NCBI GenBank assembly: GCA_964404165.1
Contig: CAYOIZ010000003.1
Span: 116,940-180,939, forward strand
Reading direction: 5' to 3'
Source of the DNA: an uncultured Candidatus Binatia bacterium
GTDB lineage: Bacteria; Desulfobacterota; Binatia; DP-6
Length of the DNA stretch: 64,000 bases
In this document: positions 1-11,019 of the stretch, piece after piece
Layout of the letters: each line of letters starts with the position of its first letter
Numbering within the stretch: position 1 is the first letter of the stretch
Notes under the pieces: generated by a model
What the model was told of the DNA's origin: nothing
The model's input: the letters and a program-made list of their open reading frames with translations, nothing else
Database searches by the model: none
Made by a program: the position numbers and the translations under genes

Positions 1-42
1 GCGGCACGCAAGCTGCACAGACCCACTCGCACGGAGGTGCGT

Positions 43-462
43 ATGACGCAGGCGGCAACCCAGACCGACAATGGACTTCCCCGGCTCTTCGAGCCGAATA
101 CCCTTCTTCCCTCGCAGTTCTTCACCGCGCTGCAGCGGCGTTCGGCACGGACCCCTGAGCAGCGGCTGATGTTCGCCATCCTGTTCGACGCGGTCTCCGT
201 GTACTGCCGCGAGCGCGAGCCGGCGACGTCGAAGGAGCGCCGCATCCTGCGCGAGACGAGTCGCTGGATCACCAGCAACGATCGCACCTGGGTGTTCTCG
301 TTCCTGCGCGTCTGCGAAGCGCTCGACCTCGACGCCAGCTACATCCGCCGTGGGCTGCGTGAGCTGCGCGCCAACCGCAGCGGGGCCGCGAAGGCCGTCC
401 GGGCCGCGGCCGTCGAGCTCGACGAACAGCAGTCCGAACAGCGGCTGGCCGTCGGAGAGTGA
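43..462 (+). CDS. hypothetical protein
   Basis: ORF with a normal (not Arg/Pro-biased) composition. GGAGG lies 5 nt upstream of the ATG at 43. Its stop overlaps the next gene's GTG start. Confidence 0.5.
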   Translation: MTQAATQTDNGLPRLFEPNTLLPSQFFTALQRRSARTPEQRLMFAILFDAVSVYCREREPATSKERRILRETSRWITSNDRTWVFSFLRVCEALDLDASYIRRGLRELRANRSGAAKAVRAAAVELDEQQSEQRLAVGE

Positions 463-842
463 ACGCGATGGGTGCTCCTGCAGCCAACGGCCTGCTGCGC
501 GACGAGCCACCGACGGTGTCGTCGGCCCTCGACCGGATGGTCGACGCCGCCCAGCAGGTCGTGGTCGACCAGGTCGTCCTGGCACGGCTCGACGCCCAGG
601 CGGCACTCGCGACGGCCGTGCGTGACGCCTCGATCCTGGCGTTCGGCGGCATCCTGATGCTGTTCGCATGGGTCGTCGCCATGGTGGCGCTGCACGGCGT
701 GCTCGTCCATCGCCTCCTCCCCGAAGCCAGTCTCGGCCTCATCGCCGCCGGCAACGCCGTCATCGGGGCGACCCTCATCGGCCTGGGCGTTGGCCGCCTG
801 CGCCGATCCGGCCAGGAGGGCGACGCCAATGGCCGAACCTGA
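459..842 (+). CDS. phage holin family protein (YqjE/DUF1469-like inner membrane protein)
   Basis: Two hydrophobic helices and an overall PF07332-like profile. The GTG start overlaps the upstream stop (GTGA). Sits next to DUF883 genes as in the E. coli yqjDEK operon. Confidence 0.6.
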   Translation: MNAMGAPAANGLLRDEPPTVSSALDRMVDAAQQVVVDQVVLARLDAQAALATAVRDASILAFGGILMLFAWVVAMVALHGVLVHRLLPEASLGLIAAGNAVIGATLIGLGVGRLRRSGQEGDANGRT

Positions 843-1023
843 AGAGCGCGCGATCCTGCGCCAGAACATCGAGGTCCACAAACGCGAGCTCCGGCTCGCG
901 GTGGACGACCTCCGCGAGGCCGCGCTGTCATGGACCGACCCGCGCGACCTCATCCGCGAGCGACCAGGGACCTGGCTGCTCGTCGGGCTCGCCGCCGGCC
1001 TCTGGCTGGGGGCGCGACGATGA
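829..1023 (+). CDS. YqjK-like small membrane protein
   Basis: N-terminal coiled-coil followed by a single C-terminal TM segment (WLLVGLAAGLWLG). Its stop overlaps the next start (ATGA). Confidence 0.45.
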   Translation: MAEPEERAILRQNIEVHKRELRLAVDDLREAALSWTDPRDLIRERPGTWLLVGLAAGLWLGARR

Positions 1024-1241
1024 CCACCGACTCAAGGGAGACACACGACATGACGACCGAGACGAACGGCGCAGTGAGCGCCATCGCCGAGCAGGCGGCC
1101 GAACATCTGGACGACGTACGCGGTGAGCTCGAAACCGTGGACCGCCGCGTCCGCGGCATCGTGGACGAGTATCCGTTGGCCTCGCTCTTCGGCGCCGTAG
1201 CGGTGGGCTATCTCGTCGCCCGCCTGACGAGCCGGATCTAG
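1020..1241 (+). CDS. DUF883 (ElaB/YqjD/YgaM) family tail-anchored membrane protein
   Basis: Acidic N-terminal helix plus a C-terminal TM anchor (LFGAVAVGYLVARL). Confidence 0.7.
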   Translation: MTTDSRETHDMTTETNGAVSAIAEQAAEHLDDVRGELETVDRRVRGIVDEYPLASLFGAVAVGYLVARLTSRI

Positions 1242-1251
1242 GGGCATCGGC

Positions 1252-1578
1252 ATGGCCACTCCGGAAAGCGCGGCACCGCGCGCGACGACGACCCGTCGCC
1301 CCACACGGTCGCAGTCCACGATCGACCCCATCCGCTCCCAGCTCGACACCGTCGAACGGGCATCGGGCGACGCCGTTCGCTACGTACGCGAGCAGCTCGA
1401 CCGCCGCCCCTACACGACGCTCGGTGTCGGCCTCGCCGCCGGCTACGTCCTGGGCGGCGGTCTCACGGTGCGCCTCGCCGGCACGCTGCTCGCCCTCACG
1501 GGTCGGGTGGCCATGGCGAGCCTGGTGTCGAGCGCGGTGCGCGGCCTGCAGCCCTCCAATGGAAGGAACGACTCATGA
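1252..1578 (+). CDS. DUF883-like membrane-anchored stress protein
   Basis: Same architecture as the preceding gene: N-terminal helix plus a C-terminal TM segment. Confidence 0.5.
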   Translation: MATPESAAPRATTTRRPTRSQSTIDPIRSQLDTVERASGDAVRYVREQLDRRPYTTLGVGLAAGYVLGGGLTVRLAGTLLALTGRVAMASLVSSAVRGLQPSNGRNDS

Positions 1579-1850
1579 CGACGAAGACTTTCACCGACCG
1601 CCTCCCGGCCACCGACGACGTGCTCGGTATGCTCGGTCTCCAGCAGCAGCGCGCCACGAGTGACCTCTACTCGATGGGCATCGGCGCCTTCGCCCTCGGC
1701 CTGGTGGTCGGGAGCGCGCTGGCGCTGCTCTACGCGCCCCGCCCCGGCCGCGACCTGCGGAAGGACGTCGGCGAACGTCTCACCAGCGTGAAGGACCGCG
1801 TCAGCGACGCGATCGCGCCGGCGGCCGAAACCGTACGCCACACGGCGTAG
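1575..1850 (+). CDS. YtxH domain-containing protein
   Basis: N-terminal TM segment and a YAPRPGRDLRKD YtxH-like motif. ATGA overlap with the upstream gene. Confidence 0.7.
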   Translation: MTTKTFTDRLPATDDVLGMLGLQQQRATSDLYSMGIGAFALGLVVGSALALLYAPRPGRDLRKDVGERLTSVKDRVSDAIAPAAETVRHTA

Positions 1851-1881
1851 CGCGCACGACCCGGTCGAAAGGAGACCACAC

Positions 1882-2346
1882 ATGGCATCACGCATCGAGA
1901 AATCCATCGACGTCGCCGTTCCGGTGACGACGGCCTACAATCAGTGGACGCAGTTCGAGGACTTCCCGCGCTTCATGGACGGCGTCGCGGAGGTCCGCCA
2001 GCTCGACGACAAGCGCCTCTTCTGGCGCGCCGAGATCGGCGGCGTCGAGAAGACGTGGGAAGCCGAGATCACCGAGCAGCGGCCGGACGAACGGATCGCG
2101 TGGACGAATCGCAGCGGCGCCACCAACGCCGGCGTCGTGACGTTCCACCGCCTCGCGCCGGATCAGACCCGGATCATGCTGCAGATGGACTACGACCCGG
2201 AGGGCTTCGTCGAGAACGTCGGCGATTTCCTGGGCGTGGCCAGCAGCCGCGTCTCCGGCGATCTCGAGCGCTTCAAGACGTTCATCGAGGGACGCGGCCA
2301 GGCCACCGGCGCGTGGCGCGGCGAAGTCGAGCGCCCTCGTCCCTGA
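1882..2346 (+). CDS. SRPBCC family protein (polyketide cyclase/dehydrase-like)
   Basis: Typical ~150-aa SRPBCC sequence pattern (IEKSIDVAVP...WTQFEDFPRFM). Confidence 0.8.
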   Translation: MASRIEKSIDVAVPVTTAYNQWTQFEDFPRFMDGVAEVRQLDDKRLFWRAEIGGVEKTWEAEITEQRPDERIAWTNRSGATNAGVVTFHRLAPDQTRIMLQMDYDPEGFVENVGDFLGVASSRVSGDLERFKTFIEGRGQATGAWRGEVERPRP

Positions 2347-2388
2347 CGAACGATCCACACACCGGACATTCCAAGGAGGAAGCACGCA

Positions 2389-2585
2389 TGAACACCGATA
2401 CGCTCAAGGGTCAGTGGCAGCAGGTGAAGGGCAACGTCCGCAAGCAGTGGGGCAAGCTCACCGACGACGACCTGGACGTCATCCAGGGTGACTCCGAGAT
2501 CCTCGCCGGCAAGCTCCAGGAGCGGTACGGCCGCACCAAGGAGCAGGCCAAGGCCGATCTCGACACCTGGCTCGAGGGCCAGTGA
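2389..2585 (+). CDS. csbD: CsbD family stress-response protein
   Basis: 65-aa product with the canonical CsbD signature (KGQWQQVKGNVRKQWGKLTDDDLDVIQGDSEILAGKLQERYG). Confidence 0.85.
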
Positions 2586-2597
2586 GGGGGCGACGCC

Positions 2598-2990
2598 ATG
2601 CGACGCACATTCCATAGATCGTTGGTCGCCGCCGCCGCGCCGCTGGCCCTCGTCGCCGCGCTCACCGCCTGTGATCGCGAGCGCGAGGTGACCACGGCCG
2701 ACAACACCGCGGCGAATGCACGGGATCGCTCCGGCGACACCGCGACGCCGACGGATCAATCGGAGTCGCCGGCGGACCGGGACGTCACACGCAAGATCCG
2801 GCAGGCGCTCGTCGCCGACGACGCGCTGTCCACCAACGCCAAGAACGTCAAGATCGTCACCGCGGACGGCACCGTCACGCTGCGCGGGCCGGTCGCAACG
2901 GAGCAGGAACGCGCACGCGTCGCTGCCGCTGCCACCCAGGTGGCCGGCGCCGGTCGCGTGCAGAACCAGCTCGAGGTCGCCGGCCGATAG
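2598..2990 (+). CDS. BON domain-containing lipoprotein (OsmY-like)
   Basis: Lipoprotein signal peptide (LVAALTAC) followed by a BON domain (VKIVTADGTVTLRGPVATEQERARV). Confidence 0.8.
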   Translation: MRRTFHRSLVAAAAPLALVAALTACDREREVTTADNTAANARDRSGDTATPTDQSESPADRDVTRKIRQALVADDALSTNAKNVKIVTADGTVTLRGPVATEQERARVAAAATQVAGAGRVQNQLEVAGR

Positions 2991-3015
2991 GGCCGGCGGG
3001 GGAGGACCGAATCAC

Positions 3016-3543
3016 ATGGCCAAATCCGTATTCTGCATCGCGAAGACCGATATGCAGGCCGAGTCCATCGTCATGGACCTCAAGTCGGCAGGCTTCGCGA
3101 GCAACGACATCTCGGTGCTGTTCCCGGACAAGACGGGCACGCGGGACTTCGCCCACGAGCAGAACACCAAGGCCCCCGAAGGTGCCGCCGCTGGTGGCGG
3201 CACCGGGGCGGTCGTCGGTGGCGCGCTCGGCTGGCTCGCGGGCATCGGGGCCCTCGCCATTCCGGGGCTCGGCCCGTTCATCGCGGCCGGGCCCATCATG
3301 GCGGCGCTCAGCGGCGCCGCCGTGGGTGCGGGCGTCGGCGGTCTCACGGGTGCGCTCGTCGGCGCCGGCATTCCCGAGTACGAGGCGAAGCGCTACGAGG
3401 GCAAGATCCGCAGCGGCAACATCCTGATCTCGGTCCATGCCGAGGACGGTTCGCAGCGGACCCGCGCCAAGGAGATCTTCGAGCGTGCCGGTGCCGAGGA
3501 CATCTCGGACACCGGGGAGGCGCGCGCCGACGTCTCCGCCTGA
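3016..3543 (+). CDS. general stress protein, YflT-like with glycine-zipper membrane segment
   Basis: YflT/GsiB-like N-terminal domain and a Gly-zipper hydrophobic core. A GGAGG RBS precedes the ATG at 3016. Confidence 0.65.
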   Translation: MAKSVFCIAKTDMQAESIVMDLKSAGFASNDISVLFPDKTGTRDFAHEQNTKAPEGAAAGGGTGAVVGGALGWLAGIGALAIPGLGPFIAAGPIMAALSGAAVGAGVGGLTGALVGAGIPEYEAKRYEGKIRSGNILISVHAEDGSQRTRAKEIFERAGAEDISDTGEARADVSA

Positions 3544-3640
3544 CCCAGACGAACCCGAACCCGGGGGCCGGACGCCACCCACACCGGCGGCGTCCGGTCC
3601 CCCAGCATCGTGGCAGGGATATGCCGTAGCGATCGGCGGG

Positions 3641-5527
3641 GTGGCCGTCGTGATCGCGGGGCGTCTGCTCGTCGACCGGTGGCTCGGCGACTCGATGCCG
3701 TTCGGCATGCTCACGGTCGTCGTCGCTGGCGCGGCGACGTTGGGCGGCCTTGCGCCCGGCTTCCTCGCCGCCGGCCTCGGCCTGGTCGCCTCCGCCTTCT
3801 TCATCCTGCCGCCCCGCCTGAGCTTCGCGGACGCCTGGCACACGCGCCACCTCATCGCGACGTCGGGCTACGCCGCATCGACGATCGCCGTCACCGTCCT
3901 CGCCCACTACCTGCGCCGCACGCGCGTGCGCGCCGAGGAGGCGATGCGCGGGTTGCTGCGCGAGCAGGAGCGCCTGCGGCAGAGCGAGGAGCGCATCCGC
4001 GTCAGCGAGGACCGCCTCGCGATGGCGATCGAGGTCGGCGGCGTCGCCATCTGGGACCACGACGTCGATCGCGGCACGATGACGTGGACCGAGCGGCATT
4101 TCACCGTGCTCGGGCTCGATCCGACCTCGACGGAGCCCACCGTCGAACGATGGCGTGATGCCATCCATCCCGACGATCGCGACCGCGTCGACGGCCTCTA
4201 CCAGCAGGCGAGAGACGACGGGCGTACCTATGTCGCGGAGTATCGCATCCTGCGCCCCGACGGTGGCGTGCGCTGGGTGTCGGCGCGTGGACGGTTCCTC
4301 TACGACGCCGGTCGTCCGGTGCGATCGGTCGGCGCCATGGTCGACGTGACGGCGCGCGTCGAGGCCGAGCTGGCGCTGCGCGAGGCCGATCGACGCAAGG
4401 ACGAGTTCCTCGCCATGCTGGCGCACGAGCTGCGCAACCCGCTCGGTCCCATCCGCAACGCCGCCGCGCTGCTCGAGGCGCTCGGGCCCGAGGACGCCCG
4501 CGTCACCCGTGCGCGCGCCGTCATCGAGCGACAGACGACGCACATGGCGCGGCTCGTCGACGACCTGCTCGACGTCGCCCGCATCACCCGCGGCGTCATC
4601 GACCTGCGCGCCGATCTGCTCGAGCTCGACGACGTCGTCGCGCAGGCCGTCGATCAGGTGCGGCCCGCGCTCGACGCGCGCGGCCTGACGCTCGCCGTCT
4701 CGACGGCGCTCGAGCCGATCGTCCTCGAAGGCGACGGCGAGCGCCTGCTGCAGGTGCTCGCCAACCTCCTCGGCAACGCCTGCAAGTTCACGCCCCCCGG
4801 CGGCCGCGTCAGCATCACCACCGCCCGCCTCGACGATCGCGCCGTGATCCGTGTTCGGGACGACGGCATCGGCATCGATCCCGCCCTGCTGCCGAGCGTC
4901 TTCGAGCTCTTCGTACAGGGCTCGATGGCGCTCGACCGCTCGATGGGCGGCCTCGGCATCGGGCTCACGCTGGCGCGGCGCATGGTCGAGCTGCACGGCG
5001 GAACGATCACGGCGCACAGCGCCGGGCACGGCCAGGGCAGCGAGCTCGTCGTCACCCTCCCCGTCGCCATGCAGACGCCGCGCCGGCTGGCCGGGGGTCC
5101 GGAGGCGGCCGCGTCGACCGGGGTGGAGGTGCTCATCGTCGAGGACAACGCCGATGCCGCCGAGAGCCTGCGGCTCCTGCTCGAGCTCGACGGGCACACC
5201 GTGCGCGTCGCCGGGACCGGCCGCGCGGCGCTGACCGCGGTGGATGACGCCCCCTCCGCGGTCGCGTTCGTCGACATCGGGCTGCCGGAGATGGACGGCT
5301 TCGAGGTCGCCCGCCGGCTGCGTGCCCACCCGAACGGGCAGACGATGGTGCTGGTGGCGGTGTCGGGCTACGGGCGTGACGAGGACAAGCGACGCGCCGC
5401 GGCCGCCGGCTTCGACCACCACTTCACCAAGCCGGTCGATTTCGACGACGTGCGACGGATACTCCAGGGCATCGCCGGCGACGCGCCGGCGCGTCCGCGC
5501 ATCCTCACACTCGTGCGCGATCGCTGA
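3641..5527 (+). CDS. hybrid sensor histidine kinase (DUF4118 membrane domain-PAS-HisKA-HATPase_c-REC)
   Basis: H-box (LAHELRNPL) and HATPase_c G-boxes, and a PAS domain with a conserved Trp pattern. C-terminal receiver domain (VLIVEDNADAA...D...K). Start is uncertain among GTG 3641, GTG 3650 and ATG 3698. Confidence 0.85.
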   Translation: MAVVIAGRLLVDRWLGDSMPFGMLTVVVAGAATLGGLAPGFLAAGLGLVASAFFILPPRLSFADAWHTRHLIATSGYAASTIAVTVLAHYLRRTRVRAEEAMRGLLREQERLRQSEERIRVSEDRLAMAIEVGGVAIWDHDVDRGTMTWTERHFTVLGLDPTSTEPTVERWRDAIHPDDRDRVDGLYQQARDDGRTYVAEYRILRPDGGVRWVSARGRFLYDAGRPVRSVGAMVDVTARVEAELALREADRRKDEFLAMLAHELRNPLGPIRNAAALLEALGPEDARVTRARAVIERQTTHMARLVDDLLDVARITRGVIDLRADLLELDDVVAQAVDQVRPALDARGLTLAVSTALEPIVLEGDGERLLQVLANLLGNACKFTPPGGRVSITTARLDDRAVIRVRDDGIGIDPALLPSVFELFVQGSMALDRSMGGLGIGLTLARRMVELHGGTITAHSAGHGQGSELVVTLPVAMQTPRRLAGGPEAAASTGVEVLIVEDNADAAESLRLLLELDGHTVRVAGTGRAALTAVDDAPSAVAFVDIGLPEMDGFEVARRLRAHPNGQTMVLVAVSGYGRDEDKRRAAAAGFDHHFTKPVDFDDVRRILQGIAGDAPARPRILTLVRDR

Positions 5528-5616
5528 GCACGATTCTACAAAATCGGGCCCGCACGGCGGGGGACCCACCGTCGGCTCGGGCCCCGGACTGGCACGCATT
5601 TCGCTCCCTCGACGGC

Positions 5617-5990
5617 ATGGACCACCGCCACCACATCCTGCTGGTGGAGGATCACGACGACCTCCGTATGGCGGTCGCCGAGATGCTCCGACTCGAAGGC
5701 TACGAGGTCGTCGAGGCGTCGGACGGCCAGGAGGCGCTCGGTGCGCTGCGCGCAGGCCCCTCCCCGTGCGTCGTGCTCCTCGATCTCCACATGCCCGGCA
5801 CCTCGGGCCAGGAGTTCCGCGCGGCGCAACTACTCGACCGGCAGCTCGCGGGCGTGCCCGTCGTGGCGCTCTCGGGGCACGGCGGCATCGCGCAGAAGGC
5901 GCAGGCGATGCGGATGGCCGACTACATCCAGAAACCGATCGACCTCGACAAGCTGCTTTCCGTGCTCCGACGCGTCTGCCAGAAGGCTGC

Positions 5991-5994
<4 letters not shown>
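5617..5994 (+). CDS. single-domain response regulator (receiver only)
   Basis: Receiver-domain motifs (ILLVEDHDDLR, DLHMPG, QKP). Its stop overlaps the treZ GTG start (GTGA). Confidence 0.85.
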
Positions 5995-7855
<1,861 letters not shown>

Positions 7856-7859
<4 letters not shown>

Positions 7860-9925
7860 CGGACGAGCGTCCCCGTCGCGTGGGCTGGCGGCGCGGCGAC
7901 GATCCGTCGGGCCTCGTCACCCGCGAGTGGCTGGTGGCGAACGGCCTCGGCGGCTATGCCTCGGGCACGATCGGCGGTGTCGCGACGCGCCGATTCCACG
8001 GCACGCTGATCGCCGGCCTGCCGGCGCCATTCGGCCGCGTGCTCGTCCTCGGCGGCCTCGGCGAAACCGTACGCCTGCACGACACGGTGTGCCGGCCGGT
8101 CGGCGACGAGCCGTTCGCGGGACCACTCCAGCTCCCGGTGCACACGCTGCAGGACTTCACGCTCGAGCTCGGCCTGCCGGTGTGGACCTGGGCCTGGGAC
8201 GGTGTGCGCGTCGAGAAGACGATCGTGCTGCCCCATCTGCGCAACACGACCTACGTCACCTGGGCGCTGCACGCGTCGCCCGCGCCAGTGACGCTCACCA
8301 TCGTCCCGTCCTTCAACCTGCGCCCGCACGAAGGCATGGTCGACCACCTGCACGGCCGCTGCCCCGACCCGGCATGCGAGGCGCCGAACTTCCCCTATCG
8401 CCTGCGCGAGACGGAACGTGGCGTCGACGTCGAAGCCGACGGCGGCCTGCCGCCCATCCACCTGGCGCTGCGTGCGCCGCGTCCGACGCCGCTCGTGCGC
8501 GAGGACACCTGCGTCGACCTCGTCTACCGCGTCGAGCGCGAGCGCGGCTACGACTTCCACGGGCCGGTGGCGGGCCCCGGGCGGTGGGACGTCACGCTCG
8601 AACCCGGCGAATCGGTCACCCTGGTCGTGTCCACCGAGCCATGGGGCGAGCTCGAGGCGTTCGCCACGGCCGACGTCGTGGCCGCGGAGCGGGAGCGCCG
8701 CCTGCAGCTGCTGGCTGCGGCCCATCCCGCGTTACGCCACGGCATCGGGGCCGAGCTGGCGCTCGCGGCCGATCAGTTCGTCATCTGCCCGCACACGCGC
8801 ATCGGCGACGAGGCGCGGCAGGAGGCCGCCGGACACACCGCCCGCTCCGTCATCGCCGGGTATCACTGGTTCACGGACTGGGGGCGCGACACCATGATCG
8901 CGCTCGAGGGCCTGGCACTGCTCACCGGTCGCCAGCGCGAAGCCGGCGACATCCTGCGCACCTTCGCGCACCACGTCCGCGACGGCCTGATCCCGAACCT
9001 CTTCCCCGAGGGCGAGGGCGAGGGGCTGTACCACACGGCCGACGCCACGCTGTGGTTCTTCCACGCCCTCGACCGCTACGAGACCCTCACCGGCGATCAC
9101 ACGCTCCGCCGCGACCTGCACGCGCGCCTGTGCGACGTCATCGACCACCACGTGCGGGGCACCCGGTTCGGCATCGGCGTCGATCCACGCGACGGCCTGC
9201 TGCGCCAGGGCGCCGACGGCTACCAGCTCACCTGGATGGACGCCAAGGTCGACGGCTGGGTCGTGACGCCCCGGCGTGGCAAGGCCGTCGAGATCAACGC
9301 GCTCTGGTACAACGCGCTCCGCCTCATGGAACGCTGGCTGCGCGAGGACGGCGCCACCGCGGACGCCGATCGGCTCGGCGCGCGCGCGACGCAGGCGCAG
9401 ACCGCCTTCAACCAGCGCTTCTGGTGCGAGGACACCGGCTGCCTCTACGACGTCGTCGATTGCGACGGCCACGACGGCGCCACCGACGCCGCCGTGCGGC
9501 CGAACCAGGTGCTCGCCGTTTCGCTGGCGCATCCCGTCCTCGACGCGCGGCGATGGGCGGCGGTGATGACGACCACGCGCGACCACCTCCTGACGCCCGC
9601 GGGCCTACGCAGCCTCGCGCCGGACCATCCCGACTATCGCTCGTCCTACGACGGCGATCTGCGCGCGCGCGACGCCGCCTATCACCAGGGCACGGTCTGG
9701 GCGTGGTTGCTGGGGCCGTTCGTCGACGGCTGGCGCCGTACGTGGCCCGACGACCTCGAGACGCCCCGGCACGTCGTCGACGGCCTGCGCGCGCATCTCG
9801 GCGAAGCCGGCATCGGCACGATCAGCGAGATCTTCGATGCGGAGCGCCCGTGGACGCCGCGCGGCTGCATCGCGCAGGCATGGAGCGTGGCGGAAGCGCT
9901 GCGCTGCCTCGCGACGGCGCCCTGA
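7856..9925 (+). CDS. glycogen debranching enzyme, amylo-alpha-1,6-glucosidase type (GH133, GDE_C)
   Basis: GDE_N-like N-terminus and a GDE_C signature (GYHWFTDWGRDTMIALEGL...GLIPNLFPEG...YHTADATLWFF). ATGA overlap with treZ. Confidence 0.85.
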
Positions 9926-9926
9926 T

Positions 9927-11000
9927 TCAGCTCGCCGCGCGGCGGCAGCCCTGCTCCAGCAGCGTGAGCACGGCGCGTTCGGCGGCACGCAGGTCGGACG
10001 TGCGCCCGAGCGACCAACCAGCGGCGTGCGCCTCCAACACCCGGGGATGGACGTAGCACGACCGACAGACCGCGGGCGTGTTGCCGAGCCGGCGCGCGAC
10101 GCGGCGGATGGCGGCCACGATCTGTCGCGTCGCCGCCGTCTTCGTCTCCTCGCGCGGCAATTTTGACAGCGCCATCGCCGCCAGCACGGTGCCGGCCCAG
10201 GTGCGGAAGTCCTTTGCCGACACGTCGTCCCCGGCGACCTCGCGCAGGTACGCATTGACGTCGGACGAATCGATCGGCTGCGCGACGCCGTCCTCGTCGA
10301 TGTATTGCAGCAGGTCCTGGCCGGGCAGGTCCTGGCACTGGCGGACGATGCGCGCGATCTGCCGGTCCTGGAGCCCGACCTCGTGGTCGCGGCCGCTCTT
10401 GCCGCGGAAGCGGAAGCGGACGCTGCCCGACGTCACCTCGGCGTGACGGTTGCGCAGGGTGGTGAGGCCGAAGGAGCCGTTCTCGCGCGCGTACTCCGCA
10501 TTGCCGACGCGGATCAGCGTCGTCTCGAGAAGCCGGACGACGGTGGCGAGCACCTTCTCACGCGGGAGGCCGCGCTTGGCGAGGTCGCGCGCGATACGGC
10601 GTCGCACGGCGGGCAGACGGCGCGCGAAGTCGGCGAGCCGATCGTACTTGGTCTCGTCGCGTACCCGTCGCCATTCGGGGTGGTAGCGGTACTGCTTCCG
10701 ACCGCGCGCGTCATAGCCGGTCGCCTGGATGTGGCCGTCGGCGCGGGGGCAGATCCACACCCGCTCCCAGGCGGGCGGGATGGCGAGGGCGCGGATGCGC
10801 TCCAGCACCTGCGGATCCCCAAGATGGGAGCCGTTGGGACCAATGTACACGAACCCGCGCCCCGCCCGCCGCCGCCGAATTCCACGTCCGGCATCGCCTA
10901 CATAACGAAGATTCGCAGCTTCGGTGGCCGCTACGGCCTCTTCGGGCGGGGGGATCATACAAGGCTCGTGCCACGGCGGCCCGCCGTCGCGCGCTGGCAC
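9927..11000 (-). CDS. DNA topoisomerase IB (poxvirus/bacterial type)
   Basis: Bacterial TopIB conserved blocks (YIGPNGSHL, RGRKQYRYHPEW, KDFRTWAG) and a catalytic Tyr region near the C-terminus. An alternative start is Met15 at 10958. Confidence 0.85.
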   Translation of the reverse strand: MPARDGGPPWHEPCMIPPPEEAVAATEAANLRYVGDAGRGIRRRRAGRGFVYIGPNGSHLGDPQVLERIRALAIPPAWERVWICPRADGHIQATGYDARGRKQYRYHPEWRRVRDETKYDRLADFARRLPAVRRRIARDLAKRGLPREKVLATVVRLLETTLIRVGNAEYARENGSFGLTTLRNRHAEVTSGSVRFRFRGKSGRDHEVGLQDRQIARIVRQCQDLPGQDLLQYIDEDGVAQPIDSSDVNAYLREVAGDDVSAKDFRTWAGTVLAAMALSKLPREETKTAATRQIVAAIRRVARRLGNTPAVCRSCYVHPRVLEAHAAGWSLGRTSDLRAAERAVLTLLEQGCRRAAS

Positions 11001-11019
11001 GCGAATCGCTTATCGTCCC

